The position numbers and the translations under genes were made by a program. 64,000 nt of DNA from an uncultured Actinomycetes bacterium (GTDB lineage: Bacteria > Actinomycetota > Thermoleophilia > UBA2241): positions 96,001-160,000 of the forward strand of contig CAVPVX010000002.1 of assembly GCA_963709345.1 (NCBI GenBank), given 5' to 3'. Position 1 is the stretch's first letter, and each line of letters begins with the position of its first letter. The notes below the pieces were generated by a model. It searched no databases and was not told where the DNA came from. It saw nothing but the letters and a program-made list of their open reading frames with translations. Shown piece after piece: positions 1-10,401 of this stretch.

Positions 1-732
1 GTCCCTGAACGGCGCCGACGGCTCCAGCGGCGGCCCCTCGTACAAGAGGGCGTCGGGCAGACCCGCGACCCCCTTCGTCGTGTAGCCTGCCTCACCGAGC
101 GTCACGCGCGCCGCCGGCATACCCCCCCGAAGATGGTTCACGCGCAGGCAGCGCTCCGGGGGCGCGTTCGCAGCCGCGAGGTAGCGATCAGCCGCGGCGT
201 CTCCGAGATCGCGGCGCACCAGCTTCACGAGCCAGGGCGCATAGCTCAGCCGCACCGACCAGGCGCGCGTGTCGGCGCCCTCTCCGAGCTCTGCGAGTTT
301 GGCGCGCCCATCCGCCGCCACCCGCCGAAGCACGGCGTTGACGAATCCGCCGGCCTTACGGCCCTTGCGCGACACCATGGCGACGGCGTCGTCGACGACC
401 GCGTACGCCGGCACCCGATCGAGGAAGAGAAGCTGAAAGGCGGCGAGGCGCAGAGCGTCTCGCACCGCGGGGTCGGCGTCGCGCAAGGGCGCCTTGGTGA
501 AGGCGCCCAGCACGGCGTCTATGGACCCTCTCCGTTTGACCGTGCCGATGATCAGCTCGTTCGCAAGGCCGCGGTCGCGAGGGTCCAGCGTGCGCAACTC
601 CGGCAACGACGCCAGGGACTCGTCCAGCCGCGCTCCGGACGAGCGCACTCGCCGAAGAGCGGCGAAGGCGGCGACGCGCGCTGGACTGGCCGCAGCCGTC
701 GAGCGCTTCCCCGCTTCGCCCCCGGAGCTCAC
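1..732 (-). CDS. rsmB: 16S rRNA m5C967 methyltransferase RsmB/Sun (5' part; runs off window edge)
   Basis: Not in the ORF track; translated by hand from GTG 732, which overlaps the fmt stop (GTGA). NusB-like N-domain (DRGLANELIIGTVKRR...LRLAAFQLLFLDRVPAYAVVDDAV...GFVNAVLRR), then SYAPWLV and LRVN motifs. Classic def-fmt-sun order. Confidence 0.9.
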   Translation of the reverse strand, partial: MSSGGEAGKRSTAAASPARVAAFAALRRVRSSGARLDESLASLPELRTLDPRDRGLANELIIGTVKRRGSIDAVLGAFTKAPLRDADPAVRDALRLAAFQLLFLDRVPAYAVVDDAVAMVSRKGRKAGGFVNAVLRRVAADGRAKLAELGEGADTRAWSVRLSYAPWLVKLVRRDLGDAAADRYLAAANAPPERCLRVNHLRGGMPAARVTLGEAGYTTKGVAGLPDALLYEGPPLEPSAPFRD

Positions 733-1622
733 AGCCGCCCCAGGGTCCGGCCGGCGCCGCGCAGAAACTCGCCGGCCGGCATCCGCTTGCGTCCGTCCTG
801 CTGCACCTCGAGCACGTCCAGCCACCCGTCGCCGGTGCGCATGCAGAGGCGTCCGGAGCCGGACGACGGCAGCGGTCCGGCTCCGACTGCGGCGCGCCAG
901 ACGCGCAGGCGGCGACCGCCGAGCTCCGTCTCGGCCCCGATGTGGGGTGAGAGAGCACGCACCTGGTCGGCGATCGCCGGCGCGGGACGCCCCCAGTCGA
1001 TGAGCCTGTCGTCACGACCGATCTTCGCCGCATACGTCGGCGCCCCCGCCTGCGGCCGCCAGACGACGGTCCCCGCAGCGATTCCTTCGAGGGTCGTCGA
1101 GACGCCCTCGACGGCCGCCGGCGCGAGCAGCTCGTAGGCGCGGCCCGCGTCCGCATCGCGAGGCACGTGGACCATTCGGATGTCGCCCACGGGGCCTTCG
1201 TCGACGCCCGCGGTCATGAGCAGGGTGCAGACCCCCAGTTCGGTCTCGCCGGCCATGAGCGCCCGCTCCACGGGCGCAGCCCCGCGCCAGCGCGGCACCA
1301 GGGACGGGTGCACGACGATCGTGTCGAGCGCGTCCAGCACCGTCTGGCCGACGATCTGCCCGTAGGCGCAGACGACGAACACATCCGGTGAGAAAGCAAG
1401 CAGATCGCGAAGAGAGTCCGGCGCCGACACGTCCTGCGGCTGCACGACGGTCACGCCGGCGGCCGCGGCCTCGCCCTTGATCGGCGGCGCCTGCGGCGTG
1501 CCGCGGCGGCCTCTGGGCCGGTCGGGATTGGTGACGAGCGCGACGATCTCGACTCCGCGAGCGAGCAGGCCCTCGAAGACGAGTCCCGCGAAGGGCGCGG
1601 TACCCGCGAAGACGGCCCGCAT
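729..1622 (-). CDS. fmt: Methionyl-tRNA formyltransferase
   Basis: VFAGTAPFA, VTNPDRPRGR, VCAYGQI and VHPSLVPRWRGAAPV motifs; next to def. Confidence 0.96.
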   Translation of the reverse strand: MRAVFAGTAPFAGLVFEGLLARGVEIVALVTNPDRPRGRRGTPQAPPIKGEAAAAGVTVVQPQDVSAPDSLRDLLAFSPDVFVVCAYGQIVGQTVLDALDTIVVHPSLVPRWRGAAPVERALMAGETELGVCTLLMTAGVDEGPVGDIRMVHVPRDADAGRAYELLAPAAVEGVSTTLEGIAAGTVVWRPQAGAPTYAAKIGRDDRLIDWGRPAPAIADQVRALSPHIGAETELGGRRLRVWRAAVGAGPLPSSGSGRLCMRTGDGWLDVLEVQQDGRKRMPAGEFLRGAGRTLGRL

Positions 1623-1627
1623 GCGAC

Positions 1628-2203
1628 TCAGAGGCCGCCGCCGGACGCGCCGAAGACGCCCGCGTCCTCGCGGTCGCGCAACGCGCGCAGCGCGGCGGCC
1701 CGGGCGCTCCTGCTCGTGCGGTCGACGATCAGGACGCCGTCGAGATGGTCGGTCTCGTGCTGGATCACCCGCGCCTCGAGACCCTCGGCGTGGAAGTCGA
1801 CCGGCTCTCCGGAAGCGTCGAACCCCTGCACGCGCAGACGCACGGCCCGCTCCACGGGCATCGTGACGCCGGGCACGCTCAGGCAGCCCTCGTCGGCCTC
1901 CTCGATCTCGTCCGACACCTCGGACAGGACGGGATTGACCAGCGCGCGCGGGTCATCGTCGATGTCGTAGACGAGCAGGCGCTGCAGCACACCCACCTGC
2001 GGCGCCGCCAGCCCCACGCCCGGCGCCTCGTGCATGACCCGGATCATGTGCCTGGCCAGTTTGCGCAGACTGCGGTCGAACTCGGTCACGTCTCGCGCGT
2101 GCTCGCGGAGCACGGGGTCGCCGATGACATGGATCTCCCGGAGAGCTTCACGCTGGCGCCTGGAGACCTCTTCGTACTGCGCGGTGTCGGTGCTTTCGCT
2201 CAT
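1628..2203 (-). CDS. def: Peptide deformylase
   Basis: GVGLAAPQVG, EGCLS and QHETDHLDG motifs. Start placed at ATG 2203, 6 nt after a TACCAT -10 box. Confidence 0.96.
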   Translation of the reverse strand: MSESTDTAQYEEVSRRQREALREIHVIGDPVLREHARDVTEFDRSLRKLARHMIRVMHEAPGVGLAAPQVGVLQRLLVYDIDDDPRALVNPVLSEVSDEIEEADEGCLSVPGVTMPVERAVRLRVQGFDASGEPVDFHAEGLEARVIQHETDHLDGVLIVDRTSRSARAAALRALRDREDAGVFGASGGGL

Positions 2204-2209
2204 GGTGTC

Positions 2210-2215
2210 ATGGTA
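2210..2215 (-). promoter_or_regulatory. -10 hexamer TACCAT of a probable leaderless def promoter
   Basis: TANNNT box 6 nt before the ATG; no SD between them. Confidence 0.55.
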
Positions 2216-2228
2216 CCTCAAGTCTCCC

Positions 2229-4625
2229 TCATAGCCACTGCGGGTCCACGTCGGGGACAATGCGAACACCCCTGGCCGCATACCGGTCTCGGTTCGCCGC
2301 CAGCCAGAGGCGCAGTGTATCCGAGGTGTTCCCGATTTCGCCGGTCTTTATCACGACGCGGCAGGTGTGCCTGCCTCTCTCCCGCCACAGCGGGCCCGGT
2401 CCCAGGACCTCGGCGACACCCCCGAGCTTGGCCGTGAGCCGCTCGGCGGTGAATCGCCCCGCGACCTCGACCTTCTCCTCCGAAGCGCCCGAGACTTCAA
2501 GCGCGACGAGTGAGCCGGCGGGCGGGTACCCGAGCTCCCGCCGGCGCTGGAGCTCCTCGGCGTAGAACCCCTCGTGGTCGTCGCCCGCCGCCGCGGCTAT
2601 GGCCCGGGCCTCCGGGCTCAGGGTCTGCACGATGACCCGCCCGGGCTTGCCCCCCCTGCCGCTGCGACCCCCGACCTGAACGAGCATCGCGAACGTCCGC
2701 TCCTCGGCCCGGAAGTCCGGGAAGTGCAGGGTCAGGTCGGCGTTCACCACACCGACGAGCGTCACGTCGGGGAAGTGGTGCCCCTTGGCGATCATCTGCG
2801 TGCCGACCAGCACCTTCGCCCCCGGGGCAGCGAACCGGGCAAGCACGTCCTGAAGGCGCGCGTACGACCCCGCCACGTCGGAGTCGAGACGCAGAAGGTC
2901 GACGCCGGGCAGCAGCAGGCGCACCTCGCGCTCCAGTCGTTCAGTGCCGAAGCCGAAGCGGATCAGGTCGGAGCTCCCGCAGCCCGGACACGAGGCGGGC
3001 GCCGGTTCGCCGTGCCCACAGGTGCGGCAGCGCAAGCCGCGCCCGCCGAAGAGAGTCAGCGTGACATCGCAGTGCGGGCACCCCCACGTGTGACCGCAGT
3101 GGTCGCAGACGAGGTAAGAGGCGAAGCCGCGTCTGTTGAGGAAGAGGATGGCCTTGTCCCCGGCGTCGACGGTCGCCGAGAGAGCCTCGGCCAGCGGCGG
3201 TGAGAACACCCCGTGGTGAGCGCGCATGTCCACGATCTCGAGCGCCGGCGGCTGCGACCCGTCGACCCGCTGCCGCAGGCCGGCGTGCAGAGGAACGCGC
3301 GCGTGGCTCTCGACACTGGGCGTCGCCGACCCGAGCACGACCACGGCCCCGGATTCCTCGGCCCGCCAGCGCGCGACCATGCGCGCGTCGTAGGCGGGCT
3401 CGCTCTCCTGCTTGTACGAGGTGTCGTGCTCCTCGTCGACGATGATCAGGCCGAGGTCGACCAGCGGAGCGAAGACGGCCGAGCGAGCGCCGATCACGAT
3501 GCGCACCTCGCCGCGGGCCACGGCGCCGTACGCGAGAAGCCGCTCCCCCGCCGACAGCCCCGAGTGAAGGACGGCGACCGGGGTGGCCGCGAACCGCCGC
3601 CGGACGCGGGCGACGGTCTGCCCCGTGAGGCCTATCTCCGGCACGAGAAGCAGGACCGACCGTCCGGCGCCAAGCGTGGCCTGGGCAGCCTGCAGATACA
3701 CCTCGGTCTTGCCGCTGCCCGTGACCCCATGGAGCAGCACCTCGTCGCCGGGGCGGGCCTCGCAGAGGACGGCGTGCAGAGCCCGTCGCTGCTCCTCCAG
3801 CAGATCGGGGACGTCGCCGAGCGTCGCACAGCCCTGGAGGCGCGCCGCCTGCGCCGGCGCGGCCGGGCCCTCGCAGTCGTCGTCCGGGGCTTCACCGTCC
3901 ACTTCGGCGGCTCCCACCGCCGCCTCGCCGTCCGGGACGGCCACCAGCGCGCCGCTCTCGACCAGCCGGCGCAGTCCGGCCGCCGAGACGCCGCCGGCCG
4001 CGCGAAGCTCGCGCTCCTCGAGCACGCCGGCCTTCTCGACGAGTGCCAAGGCGGCGCGCTGCCTGGGGCCAAGGCGCGCGGGCGTGTCCGGGCCGCGCCG
4101 CAGCCTCCGCCCCGCCGGGGTCACTCCCACGACGTGTACCTGATACGAGATCCTCAGCCACCCTTTGCGCCGATACCGGTCGGCCGGCCCCGCAAGACTT
4201 CCACCGGGGAGCTTGAGATCGGCGAGATCCGCGAGCCCGTCCTCACCGGCATCCAGAGCCGCACGCCCCGCAGCCGTCAAGTGATACCGGCGCACGACCT
4301 TCAGAGCGCCCGTCGGGGGACACACGAGACCGAGCGCGGCGGCGAACGAGGTGAGATAGTACTCCTCGACGCGGCGCGCCAGGCGCAGAAGCGGCTCGGG
4401 GATGGCCGGTACGTCGAGAAGGTCTCGCACGGGGAGGATCCGGCCCTCGTGAGCCGTGGTCTCCCGGAGTTCGAGGACGACGCCGATCACCGTCTGCGGC
4501 CCGAGCGGGACGGCGACGAGGGTGCCGGGGCGCAGCCGCCCTTCGAGCTCGAAGGGGATGTGGTAGTCGAATGCCTCCGTGAAGGCGCGCGTGCGCACAA
4601 GCGGGAATACGGCGGCGTAGCTCAT
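2229..4625 (-). CDS. priA: Primosomal protein N' (replication restart helicase)
   Basis: GVTGSGKTEVY, DEEHDTSYKQ, four CxxC pairs, GTQMIAKG and DFRAEERTF. Start chosen at MSYAAVFPL. Confidence 0.95.
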   Translation of the reverse strand: MSYAAVFPLVRTRAFTEAFDYHIPFELEGRLRPGTLVAVPLGPQTVIGVVLELRETTAHEGRILPVRDLLDVPAIPEPLLRLARRVEEYYLTSFAAALGLVCPPTGALKVVRRYHLTAAGRAALDAGEDGLADLADLKLPGGSLAGPADRYRRKGWLRISYQVHVVGVTPAGRRLRRGPDTPARLGPRQRAALALVEKAGVLEERELRAAGGVSAAGLRRLVESGALVAVPDGEAAVGAAEVDGEAPDDDCEGPAAPAQAARLQGCATLGDVPDLLEEQRRALHAVLCEARPGDEVLLHGVTGSGKTEVYLQAAQATLGAGRSVLLLVPEIGLTGQTVARVRRRFAATPVAVLHSGLSAGERLLAYGAVARGEVRIVIGARSAVFAPLVDLGLIIVDEEHDTSYKQESEPAYDARMVARWRAEESGAVVVLGSATPSVESHARVPLHAGLRQRVDGSQPPALEIVDMRAHHGVFSPPLAEALSATVDAGDKAILFLNRRGFASYLVCDHCGHTWGCPHCDVTLTLFGGRGLRCRTCGHGEPAPASCPGCGSSDLIRFGFGTERLEREVRLLLPGVDLLRLDSDVAGSYARLQDVLARFAAPGAKVLVGTQMIAKGHHFPDVTLVGVVNADLTLHFPDFRAEERTFAMLVQVGGRSGRGGKPGRVIVQTLSPEARAIAAAAGDDHEGFYAEELQRRRELGYPPAGSLVALEVSGASEEKVEVAGRFTAERLTAKLGGVAEVLGPGPLWRERGRHTCRVVIKTGEIGNTSDTLRLWLAANRDRYAARGVRIVPDVDPQWL

Positions 4626-4707
4626 AGTGCGCCGCAGCGGGCTCATGGAGCGGGCCTCCGTAGGCTCACCGCTCAGGCCACGCCGCCGTCCGCCCGCGGC
4701 AGACTCG

Positions 4708-5922
4708 TCAGCCCGTGAGGCCGGCGGCCGCGCGAAGCGCGTCGGCCTTGTCGGTGCGCTCCCACGTGAAGTCGCGATCGTGACGGCCGAAGTGACCATA
4801 CGCAGCCGTCTTCTGGTAGATCGGGCGCCGCAGGTCGAGGTCGCGCAGGATCGCCGCCGGGCGCAGGTCGAAATGCTCGCCGATCAGTCGCTCGATCGAG
4901 TGGATCTCGACCTTCTCGGTATCCTCACAGTCGACCATCACCGAGACCGGGTGCGCGACGCCGATGGCATACGCCACCTGCAGCTGACAGCGCTCGGCCA
5001 GGCCGGCGGCAACGATGTTCTTGGCCACGTACCGGGCCGCGTAGGCGCCGGAGCGGTCGACCTTGCTGGGATCCTTGCCCGAGAACGCGCCGCCGCCGTG
5101 CGGAGCGGCGCCGCCGTACGTGTCGACGACGATCTTGCGACCCGTGAGGCCGCAGTCGCCCATAGGCCCGCCGATCACGAACTTGCCGGTGGCGTTGATC
5201 ACCGTGATGTCCTCTAGCTTGCTCGCGTCGTACATGCCCTTCGGGAGGATCGGCTCGACCACGTGCTCGAGCAGGTCCGGGTAGATGATGCTCTGCAGGT
5301 CGGCGCTCTCCGCATGCTGCGACGCGAGGACGACCTTGACGATCTCCACCGGCTGCCCGGCCTCGTAGCGGACCGTGACCTGGGTCTTGCCGTCAGGACG
5401 CAGGTACGGGAGGATCTCGGCCTTGCGCACGTCGGCCAGGCGGCGCGACAGCTTGTGCGCCAGCGAGATCGGCAGCGGCATGAGCTCCGGAGTCTCGGTG
5501 CAGGCGTAGCCGAACATCATCCCCTGGTCGCCGGCGCCCTGCGTGTCGAGGACGTCGTCGTCGTTCACGTCCGTGCGCACCTCGAGGGCGGACGAGACGC
5601 CCTGGCCGATGTCCGGCGACTGCTCGTCGAGGGCCACCATGACGCCGCAGGTCTCGTAGTCGTACCCGTAGTGGGCGCTGGTATAGCCGACGTCCTTGAC
5701 CGTCCGGCGGACTATCTTGGGGATGTCGACGTACGTCTCGGTGGTGATCTCGCCGGCAACGAAGGCCAGACCGGTGGTCACGAGCGTCTCGCAGGCGACG
5801 CGGCCATACGGGTCGTCGGCGAGGATCGCGTCGAGGATGGCGTCGGAGATCTGGTCGGCGAGCTTGTCGGGGTGACCCTCGGTGACCGACTCCGAGGTGA
5901 ACAGATAGTCCCTCTTGTCCAA
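4708..5922 (-). CDS. metK: S-adenosylmethionine synthetase
   Basis: [19 protein letters not shown] and [16 protein letters not shown] motifs. TTG start after a GGAGGA SD. Confidence 0.97.
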   Translation of the reverse strand: MDKRDYLFTSESVTEGHPDKLADQISDAILDAILADDPYGRVACETLVTTGLAFVAGEITTETYVDIPKIVRRTVKDVGYTSAHYGYDYETCGVMVALDEQSPDIGQGVSSALEVRTDVNDDDVLDTQGAGDQGMMFGYACTETPELMPLPISLAHKLSRRLADVRKAEILPYLRPDGKTQVTVRYEAGQPVEIVKVVLASQHAESADLQSIIYPDLLEHVVEPILPKGMYDASKLEDITVINATGKFVIGGPMGDCGLTGRKIVVDTYGGAAPHGGGAFSGKDPSKVDRSGAYAARYVAKNIVAAGLAERCQLQVAYAIGVAHPVSVMVDCEDTEKVEIHSIERLIGEHFDLRPAAILRDLDLRRPIYQKTAAYGHFGRHDRDFTWERTDKADALRAAAGLTG

Positions 5923-6050
5923 AGTTCCGTCCTCCGGGGGACACGCGGCGCGGCCCATGCCGGCGCGGGTTGGATGCGGCGTCTGGCGGCCGCGCGAGGC
6001 CCGACGGGGCGCCCTCCGGGCGCCGGGACGGGCGGCTCGCGGCCTGGGCG

Positions 6051-6080
6051 AGTCTACCAGACGGCCGTGACGGGCGGCAA
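6051..6080 (-). promoter_or_regulatory. Sigma70-type promoter for metK-priA (TTGCCG-18-TAGACT, extended TG)
   Basis: Minus strand reads TTGCCG-N15-TGG-TAGACT in the gpsA-metK intergenic region. Confidence 0.6.
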
Positions 6081-6153
6081 CGCGACCGGAACTCCCCGCC
6101 CCTCCTCGCGACGGGCAGGGCGAACAGACGAGCAGCGGTTGAGAGCGGGGGCC

Positions 6154-7148
6154 TCAGCCGGCGTGGCGTTCCCTCTTCGGAGAGCGGCCCATCAAGTCGG
6201 CGACGCTCTCCTGCGGCGTGCGGTTGCTCTCGAGCACCTGGTATACGTTCTCGGTCACCGGCATGTCGATGCCGAGGCGCCCGGCCAGGTCGTGGAGGGC
6301 ATACGCCGTCGGGATTCCCTCCACGACCTGGCCGACCTGCGCCTGGACCTCGGCCGGCGAAGCCCCCTGGCAAGCAGTTCGCCCGCCAGCCGGTTGCGGC
6401 TGTGCCGCGACGTGCAGGTGGCGATGAGGTCGCCTATGCCGGCAAGACCCGTGAACGTCGCGATGTGCGCGCCTTGGATCATGCCGAGGCGCGTCATCTC
6501 GGCGACGCTGCGTGTGATGAGGCTGGCGCGGGAGTTGTCGCCGAAGCCGAGGCCGTCGGACATGCCGACAGCCACGGCGATGGGGTTCTTGACGGCGCCG
6601 CAGAACTCGACGCCGACGAGGTCGTCGTTGGTGTACACGCGGAAGGTCTCACTCGTGACGACCGCCTGCAACTCGAGCGCCAGCGCCTCGTCCGCGGCCG
6701 CGATCACGGTCGCCGAAGGCATGTCTTTGCTGACCTCTTCGGCGTGGTTGGGGCCGGAGAGCGCCGCGGCGGCGGCCCCTGTCTCCTCCTCGATCACCTG
6801 CGTCGGCCGCTTGAGCGTCCCGAGCTCATACCCCTTCGCCAGCGAAAGCTGCAGCGAGTCCGAGGCGCGCCGGGGCGCGATCCAGCCCGCAACCTCGCGC
6901 ACGGCTTGGGTGGGCACGGCATACACCAGCAGCTCGGCGTCGCCGAGATCGGCGTCATCCATCGCGAGAAAGCGGATGCTCTCCGGAAGCCGCACTCCGG
7001 GAAGGAAGTGCGGGTTCTCGTGTGTCGCCTCGAGCTCGACGGCCTCGGGCCGCGTGAGCGCCAAGACCTGGACGTCGTGGCCGCGATTCGCCAGCAGACG
7101 CGCGAAACCACTCCCCCAGCTTCCCGACCCGATCACGGTGACTCTCAT
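6154..7148 (-). CDS. gpsA: NAD(P)H-dependent glycerol-3-phosphate dehydrogenase, with a 1-nt frameshift near 6365
   Basis: GSGSWG, SGPNHAEEV, KNPIAVAVG and GIGDLIATCTSRHSRN motifs. The native C-terminus (VVEGIPTA...IDMPVTENVYQVL) continues in another frame to TGA 6154. Confidence 0.92.
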
Positions 7149-7169
7149 CCCGCTCCCCTCCCAAGCCCG

Positions 7170-7796
7170 CTATGCCGCCGATCGTTGCCGCGTCCACGGA
7201 AGCGTCACGCGGTTCTCTTCGCCGGCGAGCAGACGGCTGATGTTGCCGCGGTGCGCCCACCAGACCAAGACGGCCACGAGCACGCCGGCGATCTCGTAGG
7301 GCAGCGGCTCGCCGAACGCGATGGTGAGGATCGGCACCATGAGAGCCGCGACCAGCGACGCCACGCTCACATACCTCGTCACGACGATGAGCAGGAGCCA
7401 TGTCGAGAAGATGATGAGGAAGGCAACGGGCACGAGCGCCAGCACCACGCCTGCACCGGTGGCGATGCCCTTGCCGCCCTTCCCCTTGAGGAAGATGGAG
7501 TAGATGTGCCCGAGCACCGGCGCTGAAGCGATGAAGATCGCGACCCACGGGTCGAAGAGCGCCGCGGCGACGACCGCGGGGATGTAGCCTTTGAGGATGT
7601 CGCTGATCATGACGGCGATCCCGGCCTTCTTGCCGAGCACGCGAAAGACGTTCGTCGTGCCGACGTTGCCGGAACCGAGTTCGCGGACGTCCACGCCGTA
7701 GAAGACCTTGCCGACGACGAGCCCGAAGGGGATCGACCCGGCGATGTACGCCAGGAAGAGCAGGACGGCGAACCCGATCACCTGGAGCGCGATCAC
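7170..7796 (-). CDS. plsY: Glycerol-3-phosphate acyltransferase PlsY
   Basis: GSIPFG, GSGNVGTTNVFR, GHIYSIF.KGKGGKGIAT and HRGNISRL motifs. Confidence 0.96.
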   Translation of the reverse strand: MIALQVIGFAVLLFLAYIAGSIPFGLVVGKVFYGVDVRELGSGNVGTTNVFRVLGKKAGIAVMISDILKGYIPAVVAAALFDPWVAIFIASAPVLGHIYSIFLKGKGGKGIATGAGVVLALVPVAFLIIFSTWLLLIVVTRYVSVASLVAALMVPILTIAFGEPLPYEIAGVLVAVLVWWAHRGNISRLLAGEENRVTLPWTRQRSAA

Positions 7797-9106
7797 TTCT
7801 TGCCCTTGAAGTCGATCACGAGGGGCACGCCCTCAAGTCCGTAGCGGGCCCTGAGCCGGTTCTCGACGAAGAACCCGAAGTCGCGCGTGACCAGTGTGCG
7901 GTCGTTCACCTCGATGGCGAACCGCGGCGGAGAAGTCCCGAACTGAGAGATGTAGTACATCTTCAGGCGCTTGCCGTGCTTCATCGGTGCGCTGCGGTCG
8001 CCGGCGAGGTCCGCGAGGGCGCGGTTGAGCTCGCCGGTCGAGAGGTGGGCCGTGTAGCGAGCGTGCAGGCCGGCGATCGTCGCGAGCAGGTCACGGATGC
8101 CGCGACGCGTCTCCGACGAGACGACGACCACCGGAGGCCTCTGGCGGAGTTTCCGGCTGGCGATCCCCTCGATCTCCTCGAGGTCCGGCTCCACGAGATC
8201 CGACTTGCTCACCGCGATGACGGTGGCGCAGTGGTTACGGGTCGCCTCGGTGCAGATCGAGAGGTCGCGTTCCCCGAACCGCACGGTCGCGTCGGCGACG
8301 ATGACGGCGACATGAGCGCGACTGAGGCTCTGGACGCTGCGCAGGTACGAGTAGTACTCGACGCCGCTGACCTTGGCCGCCTTGCGCATCCCGGCCGTGT
8401 CGATGAAGCGGAAGGCGCCGTGGGGCGTCTGCACAAGCGTGTCGATCGAGTCCCTGGTCGTACCCGCGATCTCGCTGACGATCGTGCGTGTCTCGCCGGC
8501 GATGGCGTTGAACAGCGACGACTTGCCCGCGTTCGGCCGGCCGACGATGGCGACCGGCGTCTCGAGCGGCGCCGCGACCTCGGGCTCGCCCTCGACGGGC
8601 CGCTCGGCGCCGCTGACCTCGACGAGGCGGTCCAGCAACTCCCCGGTACCGAGCCCGTGGACGGCCGACACGATCAGGGGCTCGCCGAGACCCAACTGAT
8701 AGACCTCGGGAGCCGCGCTGGTCACCGCCGGGTCGTCCACCTTGTTCGCCACCAGGACGACCGGCACGCGGGCGCGGCGGAGGACGTCGGCGATGCCGTG
8801 GTCGTCGGCGAGAGGCCCGGTCCGGCCGTCGACCACGAACAGAACCGCGTCGGCGGTCTGGATCGCCCGCTCGACCTGATCGCGAATGTGCCCGGCGAAC
8901 GGGGCGTCCTCCGTCGTGTCGTACCCACCGGTGTCGACGAACAACATGCGGTGGCCCGTCCACTCGACCTCGATCTCCTTGCGGTCGCGCGTGACGCCCG
9001 GCGTCTCGTGGACGACAGCCGTGCGCGTACCGCTGAGCCGGTTCACGAGAGTGGATTTGCCAGCGTTCGGCGAACCGACGATGATGATGGTGGGTCGTTG
9101 ACTCAT
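7793..9106 (-). CDS. der: Ribosome biogenesis GTPase Der/EngA
   Basis: Two G domains (GSPNAGKSTL/DTGG and GRPNAGKSSL/DTAG) plus a KH-like C-terminus. Confidence 0.96.
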   Translation of the reverse strand: MSQRPTIIIVGSPNAGKSTLVNRLSGTRTAVVHETPGVTRDRKEIEVEWTGHRMLFVDTGGYDTTEDAPFAGHIRDQVERAIQTADAVLFVVDGRTGPLADDHGIADVLRRARVPVVLVANKVDDPAVTSAAPEVYQLGLGEPLIVSAVHGLGTGELLDRLVEVSGAERPVEGEPEVAAPLETPVAIVGRPNAGKSSLFNAIAGETRTIVSEIAGTTRDSIDTLVQTPHGAFRFIDTAGMRKAAKVSGVEYYSYLRSVQSLSRAHVAVIVADATVRFGERDLSICTEATRNHCATVIAVSKSDLVEPDLEEIEGIASRKLRQRPPVVVVSSETRRGIRDLLATIAGLHARYTAHLSTGELNRALADLAGDRSAPMKHGKRLKMYYISQFGTSPPRFAIEVNDRTLVTRDFGFFVENRLRARYGLEGVPLVIDFKGKK

Positions 9107-10401
9107 CGGCACAGTGTAACAAACGCGTCGCGCAACGTATCAGCGACGAGAAGACGACCGCCGCACGCGGCACTCAACTCCTCCTCGCCGACGTCGTCCA
9201 GCGTCCGGCCGAGCGCCGCGGGAATGAACACGCGCGGAGCCACAAGCCACTCGTCCGCCGCCAGGGGCCGGCGGCCGAGCGCGGCCATCACCTCTTCGCC
9301 GCCGAGGAGACCCGTCACGGTCACATGCGGCCCGAAAAGCCGGTTCTCGACCGCGAACGGCCGAGTAGGCACGCCGGTCGCCGACGCCACCAGGCCACAC
9401 GCCCGCTCCACGACCGGCAGCGCCAGAGTCCCCGTGAGCAACCGTGCGGCGGCGGCGGCGGTGCCCGACCCCGGCATCGCGCCGAGCCCGGCGGCCTCGG
9501 CGAGCAGCGAGGCCGAGATGCCGACGCCGTTCTCGTACTGATCCGGAGCGTCGCCGAGCGGGGGCTCCGCTCCGGCGAGCAGGAACAACTCGTCGGCGCC
9601 GTGCACGACGTCTCGCCCGCGGCGCGCGCGGAACCGCCGCTGCGCACCGTCCACCACCTCAAGGACCGCTGCGGCATCGGCCGCGGTGACACGCCGGAGC
9701 TCACCTTCGGCGGCCAGCGACACGGGCACGATACCGAGGTCCGCGACCGCACCCAGATCGCCGGCGCGCGCGATGGTCTCCTCGAGCACGGCACCGTCGT
9801 TCCAGCCCGGGCACAGCACCACCTGCACGTGCAGATCCAGGCCGGCCGCCGCGAGCCGCTCCAGAGCGGCTCGAGAGCCGGCCGCGGCCCGCCCCATCAG
9901 ACGGACGCGGGCCTCGTCGTCCCAGGCATGCAGCGAAACGTACAGCGGTGACAGCCGCAGGTCCTCGATGCGACGCAGGTCGTCCTCGTCGAGATTGCTC
10001 AGCGTCATGAAGTTGCCGTGGAGAAAGGAGAGTCGGTAGTCGTCGTCCTTCACGTACAGCGCCGGTCGCAGACCAGCCGGCACCTGGTCGACGAAGCAGA
10101 ACCGGCAGGCGTTGCGACAGGTCCGCGGCTCGTCCCCCAGCCCGCCCTTTTCCAGCGAGACGCCGTGCCACTCACCCGCAGGCAGCGCGACGACGAGATC
10201 AAGGGGATGCCCGTCGCGCAGGACGGTCAGCCACAGGGCGCCGTCGGCGGCGGCGTCCTCGAGGTCCAGCACGTCCACGGGCCGCTTGTCGTTCAGACTC
10301 ACGATGCAGTCGCCGGCGCGCAGACCGGCGCGCGCGGCGGGCCCCCTGACGTCGGCGACAGTGACACCTGCGCCGGCGCCCCACCTCCGGGGCTCACTCA
10401 C
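9103..10401 (-). CDS. PDZ + radical SAM-like DUF512 Fe-S protein (TIGR03279-like)
   Basis: N-terminal PDZ (GPAARAGLRAGD), CRNACRFCFVDQ, LYVKDDDYRLSFLHGNF, QYENGVG and VTVTGLLGG. GTG start overlaps the ispH stop region. Confidence 0.88.
   Translation of the reverse strand: MSEPRRWGAGAGVTVADVRGPAARAGLRAGDCIVSLNDKRPVDVLDLEDAAADGALWLTVLRDGHPLDLVVALPAGEWHGVSLEKGGLGDEPRTCRNACRFCFVDQVPAGLRPALYVKDDDYRLSFLHGNFMTLSNLDEDDLRRIEDLRLSPLYVSLHAWDDEARVRLMGRAAAGSRAALERLAAAGLDLHVQVVLCPGWNDGAVLEETIARAGDLGAVADLGIVPVSLAAEGELRRVTAADAAAVLEVVDGAQRRFRARRGRDVVHGADELFLLAGAEPPLGDAPDQYENGVGISASLLAEAAGLGAMPGSGTAAAAARLLTGTLALPVVERACGLVASATGVPTRPFAVENRLFGPHVTVTGLLGGEEVMAALGRRPLAADEWLVAPRVFIPAALGRTLDDVGEEELSAACGGRLLVADTLRDAFVTLCR
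9113..9121 (-). promoter_or_regulatory. Extended -10 (TG-T-TACACT) for leaderless der, inside the 3' end of the DUF512 gene
   Basis: Box ends 6 nt before ATG 9106; locally AT-rich within GC-rich coding DNA. Confidence 0.6.

Noticed and set aside
5923-6150. Known SAM riboswitch upstream of metK
   Set aside because: The conserved cores of SAM-I, SAM-IV and SMK classes are not visible.
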